A program made the translations under genes and the position numbers. From Takakia lepidozioides (Eukaryota > Plantae > Bryophyta): 64,000 nt of DNA. The stretch covers positions 41,292,001-41,356,000 of the forward strand of contig CM060731.1 of the NCBI GenBank assembly GCA_030704615.1, in the 5' to 3' direction. The notes under the pieces are model-generated. The model searched no databases. It saw only the letters and a list, made by a program, of their open reading frames with translations, and was not told the DNA's origin. Of the stretch, positions 25,195-35,940 are shown one piece after another; the first letter of the stretch is position 1; each line of letters opens with the position of its first letter.

Positions 25195-28100
25195 CTACAA
25201 AAGGAGCTTATCGTAAAAGGCAGTCTGGAGTTGCTTAACATGGGCCAGCCATGCAGCTACATTTTGACCATCCACCGTAATCCAATCAACCACTATTGAT
25301 GCAGGCTGTTCCCACCACTCATCAACCTGCCACTCACGAGTAACCACGGTTAGAGAACACAGTCACAGGGCCACAGTTTAATTTTGTCCAATTGCCACCT
25401 TAATTAAGTTACTGAACGGAAGCAGATCCACTTGGTAGAGATATAAACGAGGATTGTGCTTGATACCTCTCTAGATCAACAAAAACCAGGCATGAAATAA
25501 GCTCAGTCGTCCTCTGGCTAGGCCCAGACATAGCATTCAAAACCCTTAAACAACCATTACAGTTTCTTGTCAAGTTGGGATTGAATGCAGTTGAACCCAA
25601 CCCAAATGATACTTGTGAGAACTCTCTTGACTCAGAGTGCTAGATGTTTGACATCGACCCATCTCTGCAAGAATTGGAGAAAAGTGCTTCCAGTAACTCA
25701 CCAAGCCACGAACTCGCTTGCAATCCTCCAAGCAACGTTGAGCTTCCTGGACAGCAGCCTTGAGCTGCGGTAGCCACTCCTCCAGGGCAATCTTTTCTTG
25801 CTCTGCTGATTTTTCCGCACAATAGGTTGCATTCCTGTGAACATGGTTTTTGCTTCAACTTCAGTTCAATAGAAGAGATGTACTAGAGTACCATTACAAT
25901 GAATCAGGAAAAATGAACGGAAATGGTCAGGAAGTCTTTGCAATTCTAGTACATCATCACTAATTAGAACCCACCTTTCATATTCAGGCCTTGATGAATT
26001 GGCAGCAGCCAATAGTGAACGCCCGCTTCCCACTAGATCCCTTAGAGTTTGCACTTGGTTGACTGCTCTAGCAAGGTCCTCCATAAGGTTCACCGAGGAG
26101 GCGCCAGGCCGAAGAAAGACTCGCATAGATTCCACCACCGAAGCCAGCCCAGCGTCGCCACCTTCCCCCCCTGCATGCACCGTGCATAGAAGACCCAAAA
26201 TCCAATTTGAAGAGAGTGAAAAAGGGGGTGACCGAACAGAAGGCGACCAGAGAAGAGAGCAGAATAGCAATCGCTATAATTGCTGGAGGCTCTAATCCTT
26301 ACTGGGTAAACTCGTAAATACAAGTGAATTGGGCATTCCGGATTTCATCCAGACAGCTCATTGGAGATGACCAATAGGAGAAATAAATAGGACCAAGAGA
26401 ACTAACACCAGTATTGGGACATAGATTAACATACAATTCAGGTTCCCAGATATCTCCCAGAGAGCTCATGTCCGAATCAAGAGAAGAAGGTAGGAAAGAG
26501 AGAGAGAACCACAATCCACAGCACTGCTGTGATGTCATCCTCTTGGACATACCTGGAGAGTACCGCAAGGCAGCTGAGATTCTGCAAATTGAAGGTATTG
26601 CAGATGGATCGCCGGCCCCTGCTTTTGCAACTAGCAAATCCACATTCCTGTCAGCAGCGGCCACTGCATCAGACCCTGCAGTTGTGCTCACTCCCATTGC
26701 CTCCAGGAGACCCTGCGCACACACCTGTGTTCAATATGTACCCAAAAGAATATAAAATTTGCGTATGCATACCCTCATGTCGTGAGAATGAATCCACCGG
26801 CATAAACATTAGTGTGCATGACAGGTAGGGAGGAATAGAGAGAAGAGCAAAGGTATAGAAAGACAGTCTCCTTGAACCTTACCTGAGGCGAGGCAGGCAT
26901 CATGTAGAGGTGGTTATCAGGGCTCCTTTGAAACGCTGCTACCTCCCTCTCTAGGAGATCACGAGCCGCACTAGCTTTATTCTGCACTGACTCACAGATG
27001 GGAACAATGGTGCTAGCTGAATACTCGCGAGATCCCCTGGGGTGCTGCTCCCATGATGCTGCCGCCGTCTGCATAGATATGAACACCAATTTCTGTTACT
27101 TTATTATCTATGACTGTTTGGGTCGTTCTCTCATTGTCTCTGTCTCCCCCACCCCGAAACCGACACAAAAAGGGTGATTTAAGTTGGTAAGGGGCATTGT
27201 ACCATATTTGCCCGAAGCAGAGCTGTATAAATGGATTCTAGCTCCATGCGCCTCCCATCAAACTCCTCTATAGTTTTCCACTTCTGTCGCAAGGCCTCTT
27301 CTGCCTCCCTCCGTTCCTCGCACATTTTCTTCAGACGTTGGACTTCTAAGGTGAGTGTGTTCACACTAGCTCTCATCCCTGCCAGTTCCCGCTCCTTGGC
27401 CCACACCTCCAGCTGCAATCCAGCACACACATTACAGTGGATCCCTCCCTCCATGTCTTATGGGCCCTCTGAGACTCCTTCGATGTAAAATTCCTCTTTT
27501 TTCTCTCCCTCTCTTTGTCTCTCTCTACACAGACATGATAAAAAAATCTTTCCTCTCTCTTTCTGTGTTCGCCAAGGTAGTGGGTCACCCTTTGGCCCAC
27601 TCTTCTTATTTCCTTACATCCACCCGTGTCAGCTCCACCCACAATGAGTGCCAGGTCCACAGCCACAAGGGTACAACGTGAAGAGAATCTCTCTTCTCCT
27701 ACACTCAACATTGACTCAAATCTATTGAGATTGTTACGCCAAACATCTCCAGAGCACATGCTTTGTGAGAAAACTGTCTTACCTCAAATTGTCGTAAACT
27801 GCCAGCATTCTGAATCCCATCCTTTGGATTCACCGAGGGCGCAGCATCCGCGCCACCCGCAGCACCATGGATTCGCCGTACAAGCTCGTCACTCAGTCTC
27901 TTAGCTTCTGCTGCTTGGTTCAAGGCATCCTCAGTGGCCATGAACTGTTGCACATGGGCTCTCTGCCACAATGATAGAACCCATACTCAGGAAAAATCAT
28001 CTATAAAACATTTACGCATCAATTTGCAGTTACACATCTATCATGAGTATGTAATCTTATTTACGATATGGGAACCACATAGAAGTCCATACCCTAACAA

Positions 28101-30390
28101 TGTTGCTCTAAAGAAGTAGTTTGAGTGTAAAAGTATTGCAATGTATCCGGAAAGAGGGTTAACAATTCCAACCTGTCTTTCTCTAAGCTGTCTGAAGGAG
28201 CTTTTACTGGTGTTAATGTTCCCTCTGGTGCTGCGACTGTGCCCAACAAAGGAATCATCCACTTCCGTAGAAATGTCCTCCAGCACTCTGTTGTTCTCAA
28301 ACCTGTACCTGCATTTACTTGAAGGTTCCTAAATTAGTTTATTCCTTGTTGTGGCCCACCCTCGAAGCCTTGTGGCCATTGACCCCGCGCTCAGTTTGAG
28401 CAGGACACAAAGGGACAGAAACTACCTTTGTCAGGGGCTGACACCGGTACTATGACTTACCTTGGAATAGACAATTGATCCAAGTTTTCCAGATATCCTC
28501 GAGAAAACCCTTTACACAAGGATCAATCTGCTGTATGTGGTTTGCCCAATAACTAGGCCCCAAAAGGGCCTGGGCTTTTGGCTCAGCCTCGAACTTTCAA
28601 AGTTGGTAAACAGAGGTACAGGCACAATTCCCTTGAAGAGGACGTCTCTCTGGACAATGGATCAGAAAGTGAATATTGTCTTCAGGTTGCACACACAACA
28701 GGCATTGCAATCACCCTTTCCTCTCTGCTTCTGTTTGCTGTTCAAGGGTAGGCTTCCCACCCTGAGTTTAAATTTCAGTCTAGTGCCAAGGGTGGGTAAA
28801 CCCTTGAGGTCATCCATGATGGCCTCTCCCATGTCACAGACTGGAAACAAGTTCAGGGAAGTTTTCAAATGTAGAGAGAGAGAGAGAGAGAGAGGGAGAG
28901 AAAAGGAGTGGCCTAACCTCAATCGTTCGGCATCAGCTCTAATATCAATCTTCTCTGTCTCCCGTCCAATCATGCCGACAATATGAGCTGTGTAGGAAGC
29001 CATAGCCCGCAATAACAGGGGAGGATTCTTCAACAAGCTCATTGCAGTCTCCTTCACTTCTTCTGGGACGAAACCTCCATCCATTTCAAACCCCAGCTTT
29101 GCAACCTCTAGCTGGGCATCTGCTGGGCTGGCTCCTCCATCAAATGCCAAGAACGTGCTCTTAATCTTGTCTGTTAAATTTGCTGCAAGCACTTCACAGG
29201 CCCGCCGAACCATTCTTTCCTGAGCAGTTTCAATCAATATTTGTTTCTCATCCGCCACTCGGCCCCGTGTGATTGCCGTAGCATACATTGTATCTCCCTC
29301 GTTGCGGCTGCGAATGGGTTCAAGAACTCCATCTGGACCTCCAGTCTTCTCTCTTTGTGCTTCCCTTGCATGCTCAACATAGCCATGAAGGCGCCGTCCA
29401 TACTCAGCAAATATGCGAACAGATTGTTCACATCGCTGATCATACGCTTCCAGCAACACCTGCTTGTGCCTAGTTCATTCCTTTTAGTCAGATAATATGT
29501 GTCGATCTCTTTGCCTACATCTATTCCTCATGGTATCCGCTTACTGACTGGCTGGAGGAATCCCCGGGAAAGGTTGGAGTAAGGGGTTGGGGGACACAGT
29601 GAAGGAAGGAAGAGATGAGTCACAAATCGCAATATGCCCGAATCCAAATTTTTGTGATCGTTTCTTCTTTGTCGACACTCAGATCGTAATTCACTTTCTC
29701 TTCTTCACCCTTGCAGACATCCAATATTCGAAATTAGAGAATTTGTCATCACGAAATGAGACAGAGAGGGACAGCTATGTCATACCTCAAACTAGACCTG
29801 TCATCCAGCAGGCGTTGGCGCTCGCCTTCCTCTCTAGAAAGATCCAGCATGCGGCCTTTTATGTCCTTGAGCAATCGTTCCATCGTATGCCTCAGTCTCT
29901 CCACCTCACTTGCCGCAGCTTCTCTGTCTCTCAAAGCCTTCTCTTTGGATTCCTCACCTTCCGATACCTTCTCGCTTTCTTTCTCTCTCTCTGCCCCCTC
30001 CTTCTGCTTCCCGCCATCACCACCCACCGCAATCCGTCCTTTCCCTTTATAATCCCCTCTCCTCCTCTCTCTTCCTACTGTCTTAGGAACAACCATCTCT
30101 CTCTCACTCTTCGGTGTCTTTGGCCGCTCCTTGCCCGTGCCCTCAATGCCATCTCCTTTCTGTTCCAGAGAAGCACCGATTGCGCTCCCATGAACGTGTA
30201 TGTTCCGTCGGATCTTCTCTACAGTTCTTTCCGACTTCACTGTCTCCAGAAGAAACTTCCACACGGGAATCAAGTTCCCTCTGCATATCTTTCGCAATGC
30301 CTCAGCTGACGGAAGCGGTCTGTACCCCATCTCCTGCTGCAGCCATTCCAGTATGGCCTTCTCATGGGGCACATTGTTAGCAGTCTGCAT
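25195..30390 (-). CDS. AUG5: AUGMIN subunit 5 (HAUS5 homolog), multi-exon
   Basis: N-terminus [50 protein letters not shown]. Internal exons [62 protein letters not shown]-terminus [23 protein letters not shown]..., stop at 25195. Confidence 0.92.
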
Positions 30391-30799
30391 TGCAATCGAG
30401 AGCTGCGTGCATCCCAGATATCACACCGAACCTTCCCTCGCCATCGCCATCTCTTCTTCCTCTCTCTTTGTCTCGCACGCTCAAATCTGTCATCCATACG
30501 TCTACGTATATGTGCGTCTACGTATATGTGCGTCTACGTACATGTATTGTTTATTTTTATTTTTTTGAGAACAGGGGCTGAGGCCCTGGAGAATTTTATT
30601 AAATAAAAACTGAAGACTCAGGAAACAACGAAACAACCGTGAAGGATGAAAAAGGAGTCACTGCCCCCTAACCAGTACTGTGAGAGGCTGTACATGTATT
30701 CCTATGTGTATTCAAATTGGTATGACATGCAAAAGCCACAATGGAGGTCATATTCAAAAAATAATAAACAACTACGTGACTTTCTGGAATTTTATTTTT

Positions 30800-31560
30800 T
30801 TTAAAGAAAAGGGGACGGTGGCCTGTGCCGTTGGCCCAAGTGTCCAGTGTCATCTAAGTCCAAGTGCAATCCCCTATGTATCAAAGTGCGTCTCCTATGA
30901 GGGTAGCCTTTGCCGTTGGCCCAAGTGTCCAATGTCATCTAAGTAAGTTTTTTTCCATAGAGCCTACGACCAGATTTGAACCAGAGACCTTTCCCTTGAT
31001 ATCTCTCCCCTCGAGGCTCCAACCATTGTCCCTGAATGCCCACTTTGCCGTTTTTGCTATTTTTTGTGAATTTCCAGCGACCAAAAGTACTTGGAATTCC
31101 ACATCTCCCACACTGCAGGTCCAAAAATCATGAAACCAAGCCCGTGCACCCCTCCTCATCGAGGGCTTTCCAACGGCACCAAGCACCAGGGCTGGGGCCG
31201 CGGTTGGGGACATCTCAACGTGACAAAACAAACAAAACAAATTGGCTTTCTTAGTATATTGACTAGGTTTAGGCACAACCATTGGCCCAAGTGTCCAGTG
31301 TCATCTAATTAAGCCCAAGTCCAAGTGCATCTCCTATGTCGAGGCCCAAGTTCGACCTCTAGTGTAGCCTATGCCTTTGGCCCATGTGTGAAGAATTGAA
31401 ATGTAAGACCAAGTGTGATTTCCTATGTATCCCAATGCATCTCCTATGTCAAGGCCCATCTAAGCCCATGTGCAATCTTCTATGTATCCAAGTGCATCTC
31501 CCGTGTAGAGGCCCAAGTGTCCATTGTCATCTAAGCCTAAGTGTAATCCAAGTGTATGAT
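30800..31560. repeat. Dispersed/tandem repeat family copy (GGCCCAAGTG sub-repeats; gagggctttccaacgg.accaag core)
   Basis: The same blocks recur at about 33680-33830 and 34945-35940. Confidence 0.85.
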
Positions 31561-34124
31561 ATCATAGTTCATCAAGCTGACTTATCTTTCTTCTCATTAA
31601 AAAGTCGTTGTTCCGGAATGATCCCTACGGCTATGATCTATCCATTGTCAGGTTGTACTTGAACTGGTACAACCGCTTCTTCTAACATTATCTCTCTTTT
31701 TGTGTTTTTCCAGATTCAGGGTTTCTCAGCCAACGGAACATCCATGAGCTCTGCACTTGAAACTTTCTACAAATTAAGACACAAGTGGGAGAGTCCATGT
31801 AGAAAGTAATTTGAGCGAGAAAGTTTCACAATCATCAACATTCTGTGCGAAATAGAAAGGCCAGCAAGACGGTATGCATCTCCTGAATATCCACTCTGAG
31901 CATAAGCATGAAGAGTTCCACGTGTGACGCAACACACAGAACATATCTACGTACAAGATTCATTCTGGAGCAATTAACCAATCTCAAATAGGAATTGTGT
32001 TACTGGTCCGAATTTCGTGTCCAAAAAAGAGACTCTTCAGTGGGTGCCATTGTGCAGTTCTATCAGAAAGACTTCTACAAGTGCAAAGACTTCACAAGCA
32101 AAGAGCACTTCATTTTTATCACTAGTTAAGAGGTTGAAGACTGGCTCAGTAGAAAACTTGTTGCAGAGTAGGCTGACTAACAACGTAGTCCTTGATTTTG
32201 AGTGCCTCGCGCTTTGCTTCAAGCTCTTGCGAGCTGTGACAGGCTTCTTATGGGCACCTGGAACTGCCTTTGTCTGCTCAGCCCCACTCTGTCCTCTCCC
32301 GTGTCTGCAACTATACCCTCATCTTCTAATGTGTCACCAGGAAACAAAGTGTTGATGAACCTACAAATCTCAGGCATGTTATCCGAGTCGGCCAGGACGA
32401 GTAGAGTGTAGTTGGAGACATGGGGTCTTTTTAATTCTAGGGGTGGAGCTAGACACTTGAGTTGGCCGCCAACGATGATACCCACTCTTGTTCTGCATGG
32501 ACAATTTCTATATTGTGAATGTTGATAGGATCTCCAGCATGTTGTTGGATCTGCTAAATACTAGTATGAAATAAGGTACATCTGCATCAGCTTATCCAAG
32601 CATTGACGCTTCTTCGAATGATTGTGTGCAGATCAATGTAGTGCAATGGCTAGATTGGGCTGATATGTGCTTCCAGGCTCTTTTCCTCCTTGCAAAATCC
32701 ATACCTACAGAACAAATGATCAGGCCTACATATCACTTTTCTGCAATGATTAAAGGGTTTATCCTTGAATAACTGTACCTACAGATAATAAGTGGTTGAA
32801 GACAACTGGTTAGAAGGTTAGACGGTTAGAAGGGAAGAATACCAGATGACGGTTTATCAAGCATCAACACATGAGGACTTCCTAGCAATGCAACGGCAAG
32901 ACTTAGCATACGCTGTGTCCCAGCTTTGCAATTTTTGATTCTTATGTCTGCTACATCTGCATCGACAAGTTTTTGTCGTCAAATACCACATTGCTTGCTT
33001 ACAGAGGATGGATAAAACTTCAGTTTTAGAAGACTATGCTTAGTATAACTTGAATAATACACAGATTGTCAAGCCTTCCAGTCAACTTAATATGTCTATA
33101 ATGAATTGCAACATTAAAATAAGATGGTGTTGTAAGATACTCTATGCTATCAATTCTAAGCTTCACCTTAACAAGAAAACGGATCAGCATATTTGTTCAC
33201 GCCAATACCATAGACGATAATGAGATGGAGCGGCAATGATTTAGCTTGTGTGTATGAAATTAGTACCAGAAAATTGCATAGCTTGCAAGGCTGTCTCCAC
33301 TGCTAAATTTTGTTGTTGAGCTACCCATTTCAATGCAGCATGAAGCTGTAAATGCCAGTGTTGGCCGGGGATGGCATCTGGACATGCATATCCGGCGGTT
33401 ACTTGCCGGTTATGCACATATGCATAACCGGAAAGTGCAGCCCCCGCAGGAACCGGCTATGGAAGGGAACCGGCAAAAGCGATCCAGCTTCTTAACCAGC
33501 TAGAGAATTGATAACCTGATTGAAAGGGTGTTATACCCGGAGCAAGATCCGGAGGGAATGTGGATGGCGTAGAGGCGGTTCTAGATAATACATGTGTAGG
33601 GGTTGGTGATGGTAGTTAAGAACATTTCAGATGGACAGATCCTGATTGGAATGGTTATGTCTTACTAGTAACAATACGTTTAGGTCCAAAAATCGTGAGA
33701 CCAAGCCCGTGCACCCCTCCTCGTCGGGGGCTTTTCAACAGTACCAAGCACCAGGACTCGGGCCTTGCGGTTTGGGACATCTCAACGTGACAAAACAAAA
33801 CAAAACAAAACAAACGTCTCGCTTCATATATTGATATTAAATATTCTGGAATATTACCTAGGCACAATTTCTAATGTTGTTTTTTCTTTTTAATGAATGT
33901 TGCTTTTGGTATCATGGAATCGCCCGAGTACTGTAACTCGTTGAGTGGAGGTGTTGAAAATCAACTCCTTACCAAGTTATTTGTATTCGTAGTTATTATG
34001 ATGACAAGTCACAGTGCTGACAAATCATAGTTAACAACGGGCCTTGAACAGTTAGCTTAAGTTAACTTCAGTTAACAAGTGACTCAAGTCCGAGTATCCG
34101 AATAGTTGTTGAAGATGATGAATG

Positions 34125-34725
34125 TTGAGCATGCAATTATGCTATGGTTATCTCAGCTAATTATTGCATAGTTGAGTAAAAATAGGGAGAGCTCGGAGGG
34201 GGACAATAACTTGTTGTGATTCTATGGTTGGGTGGTGAACTCTGAGTAAATCATTTCATCTTTCACCCTATTCTCGGTCAAAGTCCAACATGAAAATTTC
34301 AAATCCAATAGCAAGCACTCTGTGAAGCCTATCAAACACTCTTATCCCTCTATCTCTTAGACACTGTAACTTTGCTCTGATACCATGTTGGAATTTGACA
34401 GAGAATATGGATAAGATAAAGATAAAGTTTCTTTAACGTCTAGTGAATTTATAGAGCTTGTTGCTTAACACACAGGCCATTGAGGGCCCAACGGATGGTT
34501 TGAAGGCACATGTTGAAGGATTGAACCCAGGATCACCTAGGCTATGTGCATGCAAGGCACAAACACCCAACCACTCGGCTACCTGCTCAAGTTGATGAAA
34601 GATGACAGTGATTTACTGCTCTCCACCCAAGTTAATGTTATTCCAGCTTCGAGCTCTCCCTATTTATACTCAACATCTAGCCTGCATTTATTGAGATAAC
34701 TAAAGCATAACTGCATGCTCAAACT
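34125..34725. mobile_element. Two inverted LTR remnants of one family (one with tRNA-iMet PBS at 34374-34385, - strand) nested in the hAT element
   Basis: gagcatgca..gagta(t/a)aaatagggagagctcg..tccaaca occurs on + (34127-34290) and on - (34386-34720). The - copy is followed by TGGTATCAGAGC. Confidence 0.7.
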
Positions 34726-34944
34726 TTTCGTAGGCTCTGTGAAAAAAAAAAATGAAATACGGCTAACACGAATTTCAAGTTCGTTCAGGTCACACTTAGG
34801 CCTCTACATAGGAGACGCATTATTGCAATCAACTCCTTACCAAGTTATTTGTATTCATAGTATTGTAACGATAAGTCATAGTTAACAGTAGTGATAATCC
34901 TAAAGTAGTTAGCTTCAATTAGCAACGACTCAAGAATAGCAATT

Positions 34945-35940
34945 GGAGAATTTCCTATTTTTGGGGAATTTCCAGCGACCAAAAGTACTTGAAATTCAAC
35001 ATTTCCCACACCGCATATCCAAAAATCATGAGACCAAGTCGGTGCACCCCTCCTCATCGAGGGCTTTCCAACGGTACCAAGCACCAAGGCTGGGGACCCG
35101 CGGTTTGGAACATCTCAAATCTACAAAACAAAACAAACGTCTGGATTCATATATTGGCTAGGGTAGCCTGTGCCGTTGCCCCAAGTGTTATCTAAGCCCA
35201 AGTGCAATCTCCTATGTATGCAAGTGCGTCTCATATGTCGAGGCCCAAGTGCGACCTCTAGCCTCTAGGGTAGCCTCTGCCAATGGCCCAAGGGTCCAAT
35301 GTCATCTAAGTCCAAATGCATTTTTTTTTTCCACAGAGCCTACGACCAGATTTGAACCGGAGCCCTTTCCCTTGATATCTCTCCTCTCGAGGCTCCAACC
35401 ATTGTCCCAAGAACTCCCACTTTGCTACTTTTCGGGAATTTCCAGTAACCCAAAGTACTTGAAATTCCACATCTCCCACACCGCAGGTCCAAAATCATGA
35501 GACCAAGCCCATACACCCTTCCTCGTGAAGGGCTTTCCAATGGTACCAAGCACCAGGGTTGGGGCCTCACGGTTGGGGACATCTCAAATCTACAAAACAA
35601 ACGTCTCGCTTCATATATTGACTAGGGTAGCATGTGCCGTTGGCCCAAGTGTCCAGGGTCATATCTAAGCTCAAGTGCAATATCCTATGCATTCAAGTGT
35701 GTCTCCTATGTCTAGGCCCAAGTGTGGCCTCCATGGTAGCATGTGATGTTCGCCTAAGTGTCCAAGTCCAATCATTTTTTTCCCATAGAGCTTACGACTA
35801 GATTTGAACCGGAGACCTTTTCCTTGATATCTCTCCCGTGAGGCTCCAACCATTGTCCCAGGAATGCCCACTTTGCCATTTTTGCTATTTTTTGTGAATT
35901 TCCAGAGATCAAAAGCACTTGGAATTCGACATCTCCTACA
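34945..35940. repeat. About 450-bp tandem unit (about 2.2 copies) of the same family as 30800-31560
   Basis: ttttttccatagagc.tacgac.agatttgaacc recurs at about 35330 and 35780 (and 30950). Confidence 0.8.

Noticed and set aside
29587-30309. 240-aa + strand ORF
   Set aside because: It is antisense to AUG5 exon 1 and has low-complexity composition.
32490-32600. Possible U12 (AT-AC) intron in ABCA
   Set aside because: The donor is ATAAGC rather than ATATCC and the acceptor is AG. A mutated GT donor in a pseudogene explains it better.
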